DNA of 64,000 nucleotides. Source: Laetmonice hystrix. Lineage: Eukaryota. Positions 1 through 13,630 of this stretch are shown here, piece by piece. A program made the translations under genes and the position numbers. The notes under the pieces were generated by a model. That model worked only from the letters and a program-made list of their open reading frames with translations. It was not told the DNA's origin and searched no databases. The stretch lies in assembly GCA_965235115.1 (NCBI GenBank), contig OZ249436.1:4094001-4158000 (forward strand), read 5' to 3'. Every line of letters begins with the position of its first letter. Position 1 is the stretch's first letter.

Positions 1-340
1 GCCCTAATACAGCTTCGTACTTAAGCCCCTGTTACTTGTGTAGGCTACATGTATTTCTTTAAAATATTTCTGGGCGATCGGCCCTCATGTATACATAGGC
101 CTACTCCTGCTTCGTAGATTTTCGATTCCAAACTTGGCAAAGTCCAGTGTCCCGATGCCGGAACGGAATCCAATAGGTCGGGGTGAGACTTACCGATTAC
201 GATTCCAAACTCGGCAAAGTCCGCCTCCGTCCGCTGAGAGACGACCCCGTAAATAGTTCTGTATCGTGCCGCCAGGTGGCGCAGCACCGAGTGCTGACAT
301 CGGCGGAGCTGTCCGAGAATGCTGACCGCGGCCCTGACAA

Positions 341-997
341 AAAGACCATCTCTGGTTAAATTACCCACAACTTTACCAAAGACCATTTCTGGTTAAATTA
401 CCCACAACTTTACCAAAGACCATCTCTGGTTAAATTACCCACAACTTTACCAAAGACCATCTCTGGTTAAATTACCCACAACTTTACCAAAGACCATCTC
501 TGGTTAAATTACCCCCAACTTTACCAAAGACCATCTCTGGTTAAATTACCCCCAACTTTACCAAAGACCATCTCTGGTTAAATTACCCACAACTTTACCA
601 AAGACCATCTCTGGTTAAATTACCCCCAACTTTACCAAAGACCATCTCTGGTTAAATTACCCCCAACTTTTCCAAAGACCATCTCTGGTTAAATTACCCC
701 CAACTTTACCAAAGACCATCTCTGGTTAAATTACCCCCAACTTTACCAAAGACCATCTCTGGTTAAATTACCCCCAACTTTACCAAAGACCATCTCTGGT
801 TAAATTACCCCCAACTTTACCAAAGACCATCTCTGGTTAAATTACCCCCAACTTTACCAAAGACCATCTCTGGTTAAATTACCCCCAACTTTACCAAAGA
901 CCATCTCTGGACCCCCAACTTTACCAAAGACCATCCCTGGTTAAATTACCCCCAACTTTACCAAAGACCATCTCTGGTTAAATTACCCCCAACTTTC
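341..997. repeat. Minisatellite, 37-bp unit, about 18 copies
   Basis: Unit aaagaccatctctggttaaattacccccaactttacc. Confidence 0.95.
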
Positions 998-1031
998 TCC
1001 AGGCAACGGCGGCGCAGACTTGTTATAATTT

Positions 1032-1442
1032 AGGATATCACATATCAAATAGGGGACAACGCAGGATATCACATATCAAATATGGGACAACGCAGGATAT
1101 CACATATCAAATAGGGGACAACGCAGGATATCACATATCAAATAGGGGACAACGCAGGATATCACATATCAAATAGGGGACAACGCAGGATATCACATAT
1201 CAAATAGGGGACAACGCAGGATATCACATATCAAATAGGGGACAACGCAGGCTATCACATATCAAATAGGGGACAACGCAGGATATCACATATCAAATAG
1301 GGGACAACGCAGGCTATCACATATCAAATAGGGGACAACGCAGGATATCACATATCAAATAGGGGACAACGCAGGCTATCACATATCAAATAGGGGACAA
1401 CGCAGGATATCACATATCAAATAGGAGACAACGCAGGATATC
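1032..1442. repeat. Minisatellite, 31-bp unit, about 13 copies
   Basis: Unit ggatatcacatatcaaataggggacaacgca. Confidence 0.95.
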
Positions 1443-1900
1443 TGGGGGACTGGTTCCCGCCCTAGTCTTCACTTCTGTCGACCTATGACTTAGTGATATC
1501 TTTTTGATAGATCCGATGGTATTGCGAAGCTATGCCTATGCTTGGTTGACCTGATTTCCTTTAGTTTTTTTTTCAAAGAAACTCCTCATTTTGTATGTAG
1601 GCCACGTCAATATCGAGGTGTGCCCTTACCCAATGTTTCGGTCGCTGATCCGGCTGATGTTGGACAGAGACACTCCACAAAATATGTGATTCATGGAAGC
1701 AATGTCGCTGTCCGTGGCCACTAACAGACCATTCAGGGCAAAGTAACGCCCTGCAAGGACTTCCAACTGAATGGTAAAAAAACAACAAATATCAGCAAAG
1801 AGGCCTATATATTCTAGCTGCCCAAATTAACAGTGACTAGCCTAAGACAGAACACTAAGGAAATTCTACAAATCACTTCAGTGCTTAGGTCCAAGCTGAC

Positions 1901-2144
1901 CAGGGCCCGTTTTTTGTTTGTTTACTGTTCCACTCTGAGCAAGGGTGAGCTGAGCCGAGCAAGGGTGAGCATGACCTCATGCTCACCGTTTTCGCCCCCC
2001 CCCCCGCCCGTGAGCTTGTGAGCACGCCTCACGAAAAAAAAAACACGAAAACAGTGAGCATGAGCTCATGACTGCTCACCCTTGCTCAGCTCAGCTCACT
2101 CTTGCTCAGCAGGGTGGAAAAGTAAACCAAAAAAACGAGCCCTG
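1901..2144. mobile_element. Foldback MITE family A, copy 1 (GGCCC termini, CWG flanks; PIF/Harbinger-like)
   Basis: Long imperfect inverted repeat: cagggcccgtttttt..gagcaagggtgagc versus gctcacccttgctc..aaaaacgagccctg. Same element recurs at 22809 and 60965. Confidence 0.8.
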
Positions 2145-3272
2145 GTCGCTACCTGATTTAGTCCTACTTTATATTGTTTGACCCCGCCTGGCATTCCCTG
2201 CACGTATGATATCACAGGTAACAATCATATGAGATAGTTTACCTGTTCTGGAGTCCAATCAGAGAATGAGCCAAACGTACGAAAGACATCATTGTTTAGG
2301 CCGGATATGTGCCGTAACTCTGCTGGGGTCAGTTGGGAGGCTATAAACCCTAGCAGTTGCAGGTCCTCAGGTTCCCAGTTGGCTACGCCGTCTACCGTCA
2401 GAGTCTGACAACATTATATTACCCGGTATAGCTATAGGCCGATCTGTCGACCTTATTCCGGGTGGGTCAAGTTAGAGTGGGATCGATTTTATCAACAGGT
2501 TGGGTTTCATTGTGATATAAAGGTAAGCAACCCTCTATCAGGAAAGGATAACTTTGGCCAATATTTACACCCATTGTAGTTGTTACACCCATTGTAGTTG
2601 TATATTTAAACCATTGTAGTTGTTACACCCATTGTAGTTGTATATTTAAACCATTGTAGTTGTATATTATTTACACCCATTGTATTTGTATAGGGTGTAT
2701 AGAGGTAACACTGCTGTATACCGATCGTATATTGACGAGTAGTTCCCTTGCCCGCTCTTTGTCCCATCCTTCGTCATCGCCAAAACCCAGCAGTTCTGCG
2801 CATGCGTAGATATCGGCAGACTGCTGGCACCGGATGTCATCCTGACCAAGGACCTCAGAGGGGGGTACACCAAAGTCAAGGAACTGGCGAAGAGTCTCAC
2901 ATGTGCTGTCGCATGCATCTTGGAGTATAGGGTAATAAAGAACAAATATTTTGGATTTAGATAGTTAATTCGCAAATTATATGAATCGTATTGGAAAACG
3001 AGGCCAATTTATATCTATAGGACTGGGGGCAAACATTGCAACACTCAATTACCTAACTACTATAGTAAAAACGGGATGATTTAAACATTGTAGACCTAAA
3101 CCGCTGAAACGACTTCCATCCCACCAGCCTGCCTCATGAAGTGAGCACAGGAGAGATCAAGAGCTCCCGTATGTCACGTGACAGGGGTACACAAATGTAA
3201 TACCTTTTGTGGGACAACTCTCTCGCACTCAACACTGTCTGAGGAAGCAAAAATCCTTCCTTGGGGACTGAA

Positions 3273-4238
3273 ACCTCTGTACCGTGGAGGATTGCTATGT
3301 GCCCATTATGTATACATTTTACCTCTGTATCATGGAGGATTGCTATGTGCCCATTATGTATACATTTTACCTCTGTATCATAGAGGATTGCTATGTGCCC
3401 ATTATGTATACATTTTACCTCTGTATCATGGAGGATTGCTATATGCGGCATTGCCCATTATGTATACATTTTACCTCTGTACCGTGGAGGATTGCTATGT
3501 GCCCATTATGTATACATTTTACCTCTGTATCATGGAGGATTGCTATGTGACCATTATGTATACATTTTACCTCTGTATCATGGAGGATTGCTATGGGCCC
3601 ATTATGTATACATTTTACCTCTGTATCATGGAGGATTGCTATGTGCCCATTATGTATACATTTTACCTCTGTATCATGGAGGATTGCTATGTGCCCATTA
3701 TGTATACATTTTACCTCTGTATCATGGAGGATTGCTATGTGCCCATTATGTATACATTTTACCTCTGTATCATGGAGGATTGCTATGTGCCCATTATGTA
3801 TACATTTTACCTCTGTATCATGGAGGATTGCTATGTGCCCATTATGTATACATTTTACCTCTGTATCATGGAGGATTGCTATGTGCTCATTATGTATACA
3901 TTTTACCCCTATATCATGGAGGATTGCTATGTGCCCATTATGTATACATTTTACCTCTGTATCATGGAGGATTGCTATGTGCCCATTATGTATACATTTT
4001 ACCTCTGTATCATGGAGGATTGCTATGTGCCCATTATGTATACATTTTACCTCTGTATCATGGAGGATTGCTATGTGCTCATTATGTATACATTTTACCC
4101 CTATATCATGGAGGATTGCTATGTGCTCATTATGTATACATTTTACCTCTGTATCATGGAGGATTGCTATGTGCCCATTATGTATACATTTTACCCCTAT
4201 ATCATGGAGGATTGCTATGTGCCCATTATGTATACATT
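3273..4238. repeat. Minisatellite, 45-bp unit, about 21 copies
   Basis: Unit acctctgtatcatggaggattgctatgtgcccattatgtatacatttt-type. Explains the 15-aa periodic ORFs. Confidence 0.95.
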
Positions 4239-4669
4239 TGCTTAGCTTCAAGCTTGCTGCTTAGAGCCTTTCTGAAACCGGAGCGAGGAGTGTGAGTGAC
4301 CGTTCTATTGGCTGGGTCTGTTTCCAGTTAAAGGAGCATTATTCAAACATGATATCACTGGAGCGACTACGTTTCCACTGTAGAAGATATAAAGTGTATA
4401 GCCTACCCCTTTTAATCCTTTCAGACGCTCTGACGCGGATTAAGTTACGGACAATGGCAGTTTTCAAATCGCACTGGCTACTGCCGATCACCAACGTAGA
4501 TCTATCCGATCGCTTGGCAACATCCCGGAGGAGATTCTGAGATGATGAAGTATCATGTTATCAAAATGTTGTCTCTTTCTCCCTGTGTCTGTGTATATGT
4601 TGCTTTATTTCGCTCTCCCTCTCTGCAATCCCAATATTATGATCAACTCTCTTTTTCTGTTCATCTCTC

Positions 4670-4948
4670 TGACTGTCTCTCCCTGTCCCCTCCTTCTCTC
4701 CCTCCCTCCCTCTCCCCCTCTCCCTCTTCTCTCTCCCTGTGTCTGTGTATACATATAGATGCTGCTTTATTTCTCTGTAATCCCAATATTATGACTCTCT
4801 TTTTCTGTTTATCTCTCTGTCTCTCCGTGTCCCCTCCCTCTCTCCCTCTCTCCCTCTCTCTCTCCCTCCCTCCCTCTCTCTCCCTCTTCCTCTCTTCCTC
4901 TCTCTCCCTCTCTCTCTCCCTCTCTCTCTCTCCGTCCCTCTCTCTCCG

Positions 4949-4990
<42 letters not shown>
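4670..4990. repeat. CT-rich polypyrimidine microsatellite
   Basis: (CT)n and (CCCT)n tracts within a locally duplicated segment. Confidence 0.9.
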
Positions 4991-4993
<3 letters not shown>

Positions 4994-5943
4994 ACGTGGT
5001 TATATTGGCCTTTTTATCTTCCCCTTGACCCTTACTAATGAGAGAATATTTTCTGTAAATATCCTTACCTCGTTGAATGATAAATGTGGCAGGAACGCTA
5101 AACATCTCAGCTTCTCAATATCTTTCGTAGACTTGTATCTTCAAAAGAATTTGTGTGTTTATTCCTAGATTTGACAAACTATACAAAGTTTGGCATAAAA
5201 ACAGACAAACTATGCAAAGTTTAGCCTGAAAACAGACAAACTGTGCAAGGCTGGGCATAAATACATGCAGACAAACTGTGCATAGTTTGGCCTTAAAACA
5301 AGCTGAATAACATTGGCCTAAAAGGACAAAGTGCACATAATTTGGTATAAACACAAACTGTATATAGTTTTACCCCAAAACAAAACTATGGCATAGTTTG
5401 CCCCCCCCCCCCCAAAAAAAAATGCAACACCAAACATTTTTATACTTATGCAGTGTCTCCACCACCGTCTTTTTTCTCAATTCTCCAATTTATCTAAATA
5501 GAAGCCCAGTCACACATTATTGTGTATGAAGACCTGAGAAGTCAACCTTCAAGATGAAGTACCTACCGAAGATTCTTCATTGCACTTAGAGAACGTTGAA
5601 TTATGTCAGGGAGGTTCGTCCCTGAAGAACACAAATTCCAACAATAGCGTACGGCGCAGGCGGTCAGGTGAGCGTAGGACGGTAGGTAAGGCAGGTACCC
5701 AGTGAACATAGGCAGGAAGCTAGAGCACTCCTTCACACCTGGACCATAGTGGTTCTGTTTAAACACACAAACAAAAACTGTCTATCCAAAATACTACTTT
5801 CATAAATTCGTCTTGAACTGCTGTAGATCAGTGGTGTAATGACTGGGGGTGGGGGCGCCAACACACGGGGCGCCGGGGTGTGTGTGTAGGCCGACATGCA
5901 TGGCCGGCATGTAGGCTAGGCCTACTGTTGTTGGCAATATGGG

Positions 5944-6683
5944 GGGCGCCATAAGTGCGCCATAAGTTAAGTTTGCCCCCAGGCGCCATAAGTTAAATTT
6001 GCCCCCGGGGCGCCATAAGTTAAGTTTGCCCCCGGGCGCCATACGTTAGGTTTGCCCCCGGGCGCCATAAGTTAAGTTTGCCCCCGGGCGCCATACGTTA
6101 GGTTTGCCCCCGGGCGCCATAAGTTAAGTTTGCCCCCGGGCGCCATAAGTTAAGTTTGCCCCCGGGCGCCATAAGTTAAGGTTGCCCCCCGGGGCGCCAT
6201 AAGTTAAGTTTGCCCCCGGGGCGCCATAAGTTAAGTTTGCCCCCGGGCGCCATAAGTTAAGTTTGCCCCCCGGGGCGCCATAAGTTAAGTTTGCCCCCGG
6301 GCGCCATAAGTTAAGTTTGCCCCCCGGGGCGCCATAAGTTAAGTTCGTCCCCGGGCGCCATAAGTTAAATTTGCCCCCGGGCGCCATAAGTTAAATTTGC
6401 CCCCGAGCGCCATAAGTTAAATTTGCCCCCGGGCGCCATAAGTTAAATTTGCCCCCGGGCGCCATAAGTTAAGTTTGCCCCGGGCGCCATAAGTTAAGTT
6501 TGCCCCCGGGCGCCATAAGTTAAGTTTGCCCCCGGGCGCCATACGTTAGGTTTGCCCCCGGGCGCCATAAGTTAAGTTTGCCCCGGGCGCCATTAGTTAA
6601 GTTTGCCCCCGGGCGCCATACGTTAGGTTTGCCCCCGGGCGCCATAAGTTAAGTTTGCCCCCGGGCGCCATAAGTTAAGTTTG
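5944..6683. repeat. GC-rich minisatellite, 26-29-bp unit, about 27 copies
   Basis: Unit gggcgccataagttaagtttgcccc(c). Confidence 0.95.
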
Positions 6684-6949
6684 CTGTAGATCTACACACC
6701 CGTCTGATTATCACAAATTATAGAAACGGGCATGATTTATATATATATTCCTCCATCTTGATACCATAGGTGTACATACCACCTGGTGGGCTTCAGTCCG
6801 ACACTCACGCGCCCAAGATCTCCGTGTGTCGTCATCGAGCTGGAAATTGTCAAGTTTGCCGAATATAAAACAGGCCTTTCTCTTATGCTCTGTCGTGGAC
6901 ATGATTTTCTGGCGCCATAACGTTCTGAAAAAAATAGAAAAAAACAAAA

Positions 6950-8637
6950 ATGTTATGGAGTACCATGTGTGTGTCTGTTTCACCCCATGTTATAGAGTAC
7001 CATGTTTGTGTCTGTTTCACCCCATGTTGTAGAGTACCATGTGTCTGTCTGTTTCACCCCATGTTATAGAGTACCATGTGTGTGTCTGTTTCACCCCATG
7101 TTATCTGTTTCACGACATGTTATAGAGTACCATGTTTGTGTCTGTTTCACCCCATGTTATAGAGTACCATGTGTGTGTCTGTTTCATCCCATGTTATAGA
7201 GTACTATGTGTGTGTCTGTTTCACATGTTATAGGGTACCATGTGTGTGTCTGTTTCACATGTTATAGAGTACCATGTGTGTGTCTGTTTCACCCCATGTT
7301 ATAGAGTACCATGTGTGTGTCTGTTTCACCCCATGTTATAGAGTACCATGTTTGTGTCTGTTTCGCCCCATGTTATAGAGTACCATGTGTGTGTCTGTTT
7401 CACCCCATGTTATAGAGTACCATGTGTGTGTCTGTTTCACCCCATGTTATAGAGTACCATGTTTGTGTCTGTTTCACCCCATGTTGTAGAGTACCATGTG
7501 TGTGTCTGTTTCACGACATGTTATAGAGTACCATGTGTGTGTCTGTTTCACCCTATGTTATAGAGTACCATGTGTGTGTCTGTTTCACCCCATGTTATAG
7601 AGTACCATGTGTGTGTCTGTTTCACCCCATGTTATAGAGTACCATGTGTGTGTCTGTTTCACCCCATGTTATAGAGTACCATGTTTGTGTCTGTTTCACC
7701 TCATGTTGTAGAGTACCATGTGTGTGTCTGTTTCACCCCATGTTATAGAGTACCATGTTTGTGTCTGGTTCACCCCATGTTATAGAGTACCATGTTTGTG
7801 TCTGTTTCACCCCATGTTATAGAGTACCATGTTTGTGTCTGTTTCACCCCATGTTATAGAGTACCATGTTTGTGTCTGGTTCACCCCATGTTATAAAGTA
7901 CCATGTGTGTGTCTGGTTCACCTCATGTTATAGAGTACCATGTGTGTGTCTGTTTCACCCCATGTTATAGAGTACCATGTTTGTGTCTGTTTCACGACAT
8001 GTTATAGAGTACCATGTGTGTGTCTGGTTCACCTCATGTTATAGAGTACCATGTGTGTGTCTGTTTCACCCCATGTTATAGAGTACCATGTTTGTGTCTG
8101 TTTCACCCCATGTTATAGAGTACCATGTGTGTGTCTGGTTCACCCCATGTTATAGAGTACCATGTTTGTGTCTGTTTCACCCCATGTTATAGAGTACCAT
8201 GTTTGTGTCTGTTTCACCCCATGTTATAGAGTACCATGTTTGTGTCTGTTTCACCCCATGTTATAGAGTACCATGTTTGTGTCTGTTTCACCCCATGTTA
8301 TAGAGTACCATGTGTGTGTCTGTTTCACCCCATGTTATAGAGTACCATGTTTGTGTCTGTTTCACGACATGTTATAGAGTACCATGTGTGTGTCTGTTTC
8401 ACCCCATGTTATAGAGTACCATGTTTGTGTCTGTTTCACCCCATGTTATAGAGTACCATGTTTGTGTCTGTTTCACCCCATGTTATAGAGTACCATGTTT
8501 GTGTCTGTTTCACCCCATGTTATAGAGTACCATGTTTGTGTCTGTTTCACGACATGTTATAGAGTACCATGTTTGTGTCTGTTTCACCCCATGTTATAGA
8601 GTACCATACATGTTTCTGTTTCACCCCATGTTATAGA
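6950..8637. repeat. Minisatellite, 37-bp unit, about 45 copies
   Basis: Unit catgttatagagtaccatgtKtgtgtctgtttcaccc. Confidence 0.95.
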
Positions 8638-9046
8638 ATTATAATAAAGTGCCCAAACCTCTTTCTCAAGATGAAGTTCACACAGGTCACACAGAGGTCA
8701 TCGAGGCGATCCATCAACTGGTCGACACTGCTCACGTTCTTGGCCACGATTGAACATAACACATCTACCTGTTCGCCATCATGTTTGATACTTAGATTAT
8801 GGTAGATCTGACATGACACTGAGAGTATGGATGCGGCACTGTTCTAAGGCTAGGAATAAGGGTCAGTTTTCTTTGAGGGTAGGAATTACCTTTAGATCTG
8901 GTCCCGGTTTCAGAAAGGTTAGCATTTTAACTTGAGCCCTGCTTAGAATCTCTGATTGGCTGGTCCTCTGCTGCTCAGCTTCAACCAGACAATGAGAGGC
9001 CCTAAGCAGAGTGTAACTTAAATGAGGGATGTATCAGGAAGTGAAT

Positions 9047-9760
9047 CCACCATTATTCCTGTCCCTAATCCTAACCCGAATATCTACCATTATTCCTGTC
9101 CCTAATCCTAACCCGAGTATCTACCATTATTCCTGTCCCTAATCCTAACCCGAGTATCTACCATTATTCCTGTCCCTAATCCTAACCCGAGTATCTACCA
9201 TTATTCCTGTCCCTAATCCTAACCCGAGTATCTACCATTATTCCTGTCCCTAATCCTAACCCGAGTATCTACCATTATTCCTAGCCCTAATCCTAACCCG
9301 AATATCTACCATTATTCCTAGCCCTAATCCTAACCCGAGTATTATTCCTATCCCTAATCCTAACCCGAGTATCTACCATTATTCCTAGCCCTAATCCTAA
9401 CCCAAGTATCTACCATTATTCCTAGCCCTAATCCTAACCCGAGTATCTACCATTATTCCTAGCCCTAATCCTAACCCGAATATCTACCATTATTCCTATC
9501 CCTAATCCTAACCCGAGTATCTACCATTATTCCTATCCCTAATCCTAACCCGAGTATCTACCATTATTCCTAGCCCTAATCTTAACCCGAGTATCTACCA
9601 TTATTCCTAGCCCTAATCCCAAGCCGAGTATCTACCATTATTCCTGTCCCTAATCCTAACCCGAGTATCTACCATTATTCCTAGCCCTAATCTTAACCGG
9701 AATATCTGCCATTATTCCTAGCCCTAATCCTACTATCTACCATTATTCCTAATCCTAACC
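9047..9760. repeat. Minisatellite, 37-bp unit, about 19 copies
   Basis: Unit ccattattcctgtccctaatcctaacccgagtatcta. Confidence 0.95.
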
Positions 9761-12700
9761 GCCCCTCCCTGAAGGTAGCCATAGCAATAGCCATAGCCAT
9801 GTCCCTACCCCTAAACCCCAAGCTTGGTGGCAAACTTACCTACGGGGAATGACCGTATTGTGATAAATTGCCAAACATAAAAATACATTTGAAGTTTATC
9901 ACTTCAAATAACCATGTTTCGACAAAGGGATTGACAAAGGAGTTTCTCTTTCTTTTGGAAACTGTGAAGAAAAGTGCTCAAACAGAAATTGGAGTCAAAG
10001 TGAGCAGAAATTAACTTGTAACTTGAGGAACTGAACCTCGGTGAAAGAAAGATAATATCACTTTACCTTCGACTCAAACGTGGATAAGTCGATTTGACTA
10101 TCACATTTACACATCTCAGTGGCCATGTCTAGTTTCAATCTTTGAGCCCCTTCCATGGTCAGGGATTTCCATGTGTGACATCCTCCCCTGTGGTCAACAA
10201 ATGTATTTGTCTATTTACACATATACTGAGAAACACATAAAACTGATCGTGTTTTTGGTCATTTCATTAAAGCATGTTTGCATCGGGGATATCGACATAA
10301 CCTTTTTATGTAGGTTTATCACTGAATAACGAGGCAGGAATAAAGCAGAAAACAGTATCCAAAAAGTATGACGTGTATTACGCAGTGATTACAGGGTAAT
10401 TCGTATGACTATATCTTGGATACCTGACATCTTCTTACTTGAATGATCATGACTATACATACCATTTTCGATAGTCCATCAATAATTCAGGTTTCTCTAC
10501 TATGCGTTTACCCATTGTATAAAGGACCTGAATCAATTAGTTTAGTCATACAAGATCAGCAAGAAAAAGAAGTGTCAACTAAAATATTTATGCAATTTCT
10601 TCAACGAATATTTAAGAAGTCTTGTGAAAAATGGTATTCACTTCACCAGCTAGTCAAGATGTTTAGATTTTTTCTTCACTAACATCATCCCCGGAAGGGT
10701 ATCTGGAGTGAATCGGACATTCAGTCGTCCACTCCATTCAGTTATAACAGTGTTTTGACATTACCAAATGCTGGTAAATTTGTTAGGAAGTGCAAATAAT
10801 GAAATCATTGACGATTTTTTAAGAATTGACATGAGCAACCGATTTAGGGAGGGATGTAGCTCTTTTTTCTTAGACACCTTGTATAAAGTATAATCTTCTA
10901 ATTTACCACAACTACAAAAGCTTTTTCTCTTTGTGAACAGAGTAAAATATCCAGAAAATGTCTGACCTTTGTCTGAAAATAACTGACCTTTGCTTTTGGA
11001 AGGTTTTTAACATTGGCCACAACTTTGTCGTCTATGTCCTTGTTGGAGAGATGGCCAAGTTTAGCCTTTGGTATTGCATTCATGAGAACGCCGGCACTGA
11101 GTAGGTCCTTGGTTGGAACCGTCGTATGCTGGAAACAATTCACACATTGAATTCCCATCTTTTGTCTTATATTGCCCATAATAGGCTTAGCAATAAAATG
11201 GCGGAAAGGTTTGAATACTTACGTCAAGAAACTCTAACGCCAGGTAAAACTTGGAGCTTGGTTTGGCCTTTCCGAGGTCAAGGTTGAGAATCTCCTGAGC
11301 TGTGGGCGGTGTCTCATTGAGGGCCGCGTGCGAGCACCGTACGTCCCTGATCCTCACAGTTCGGGGAAGGATTTCACAGGGACATTTCCGCGTAGAAAGT
11401 CTGGCCAATGTAACCTATCAACATCAAACGCTGCTTTTAGAACCGTTTTCTGGGTCGCGCGCTTCTCCGCCGCTTTTCAACGCGCGGTAAAATCGATTTT
11501 CTGCGACTTTTATAAACTTTGCATGAACGCGCTAAAAGTTCGCGCGCGGAAAAAGCTCAGTCATGTTGCGATTTCTCCGCACGCGTAGATCTCACAGCTC
11601 TCAAGGGTCTCTGAGGGCCTTCCTGGAGATTCACCAACTGTTTTTGCTGGAGATTGGGGTGCAATGCTGGAGATTTTTTTTCTCATATAAAGGCACTTAA
11701 AACACCGTAAAACACGTTTTTGTATTGTTTTTCAAGCGTTCACGTGGGTTTCCATGTGTTCAGCAAAACAAAGCTAAAGACAAAGATGAAAATGGTGAAT
11801 TATCCAGAACGTTCATTTATATCAACAATAAAATTTGTACACATTAGGTGCAAAGAAACTACATAATAAAGTCCATATGTTGTCTTGCCCAATTTTCCAA
11901 AATGCGTGAGAATCACTGGGGCACGGGGAGGAAGAGTTCAAATGCCTGAGACTCCCGCGAAATGCGTGAGACTTGGCAGCATTCGGGAATCCTCGGCCAT
12001 ATCTTCGAAAGTAGCCTCGGGTGAAATATGTGCCATTTTGAGCATTGCATCGCGGGTACATTTAGCCGGGACTCTCGACAGCATGGCAGTCATGTCATGA
12101 TACACCTTAAATTACAACATGATTACAAGTAGTCCAACCATGACTGTGTCGGGCCAGTGTCGTACATGGGCGCGGCCATATTGCTTCCCAGAATTTGATA
12201 AATTACCGCATTGACGCCCATTTAGGTAAATTGGGTGATTCATTTTTCTTCTTCAAACGTTCCCCTTCATACCAGAAATTTATATTTGCACATACAACGC
12301 CGAAGGAGCAGGTGCCAATAATGCACTACTTTCTGGCTCGATGGGATATGACGGTTCACTCAGTGCCTCGCTACACACCTCCATTTGGCCGTGTATCTGG
12401 TTGCCAAACATGGCCGCTATTCCACCCGAGGGTATTTCGAATAGCAGGAAGTGACGTCATATGCCCGAGGGAGTCCCGAATGACTTGGCAGGTCACCATA
12501 GGTCTACAAAGTGACGAGCTGCCATTGCAGAAAAACGCGCGTCGAGTCGCTCATGTGGACACCGATTTCCCCGCACGAACATGCATAGGCACTGGGGAAT
12601 CCAGGGGGGCCCAAGGGGCCCGCCCCCCCTTAAATTTTCCTTTTCCCCGCTTTTTTAAGAAGATGCATTATTCGGACCCTGAAACCAGTATTCCAACAAA

Positions 12701-13296
12701 ATTCTTTTAAAAAAGCCTTCTATATTATACGTGATAGTAACATCGGGCCCAAAGGGGCCTCCTTAGTCATCCAGGAGCAACATAACTCTGGGCCATTGCG
12801 CATTGAAATAGATCAAAAGGGGCCCAAAATGGCTATAAGTGCAATAAAATCATGCCGAGCGTAGCGAGGCTAAAAAAATTTCAGGTGGGCCCCCCCTTAT
12901 CAAAATCCTGGATCACCCACTGATAGGCCTACTCGTGCGGACAAAAGTCGGATATGCACAGAATCTATACGAGTTCTCAGTAAAGAGGATTTTACCTCGC
13001 AGCCGCGTAGACCTAATTTGATCGCCTACATTGCCAATGGCCTATCGAGCCGCAGCTAGGGGAGGCTACATCTAGGATTTTGCAACGGGGGGGGGGGGGC
13101 TGCATGTATGTATAAAACGTCTTAGGTGCGCCGTATACACACCTCAAAAAAATAACTCTGGAATCAGGTGGGGGGGGGGGCGAAGATCCCCCAAAGCCCC
13201 CCCCCCCCCCCCCGCTGGATCCGCCTTTGGTATGCAGAAATCGCTCCTGACGAATCGAAGCGGACGTATGTGCGGGTTTGTTCGGGCAGGTTCGTA

Positions 13297-13630
13297 CTGT
13301 GGCCGAAAAGTACAAACAATCTCAGCTGGCAGATTTCGATCCTCGGGTCATATGTGTCGCTGCTCGGGTCACAGATTTCGCTACTCGGGTCAGATGTTGC
13401 TACTCGGCTCGCCAATTTCGCTACTCCGGTCAAATGTTGCTACTCGGGTCGTCGATTTTGATCCTCGACTCGCAGATTTCGGTACTCGGGTCCAATGTCC
13501 CGAGTACTGAAATCTGCGAGCCGAGGATCGATATCGACGAACCGAGTAGCAATATCTGACCGGAGTAGCGACATTGTGACCCGAGGATCGAAATCTTCCA
13601 GCCGACAATGTTTGTACTTTTCGGCCACAG
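13297..13630. mobile_element. MITE with long TIRs and TA target duplication (Tc1/mariner-type)
   Basis: TA|ctgtggccgaaaagtacaaaca ... tgtttgtacttttcggccacag|TA, with imperfect pairing extending about 60 bp and internal gctactcgggtc subrepeats. Confidence 0.8.

Noticed and set aside
3134..4295. Long ORFs up to 355 aa
   Set aside because: Translations of the 45-bp minisatellite, open in several frames on both strands.
4542..5168. 208-aa Ser/Leu-rich ORF
   Set aside because: Translation of the CT microsatellite.
8631..8819. 62-aa minus-strand ORF with protein-like composition
   Set aside because: Short, no recognisable motif, and no splice partners identified.
9047..9760. Telomere array
   Set aside because: CCCTAA-like hexamers are embedded in a 37-bp unit rather than forming pure (TTAGGG)n.
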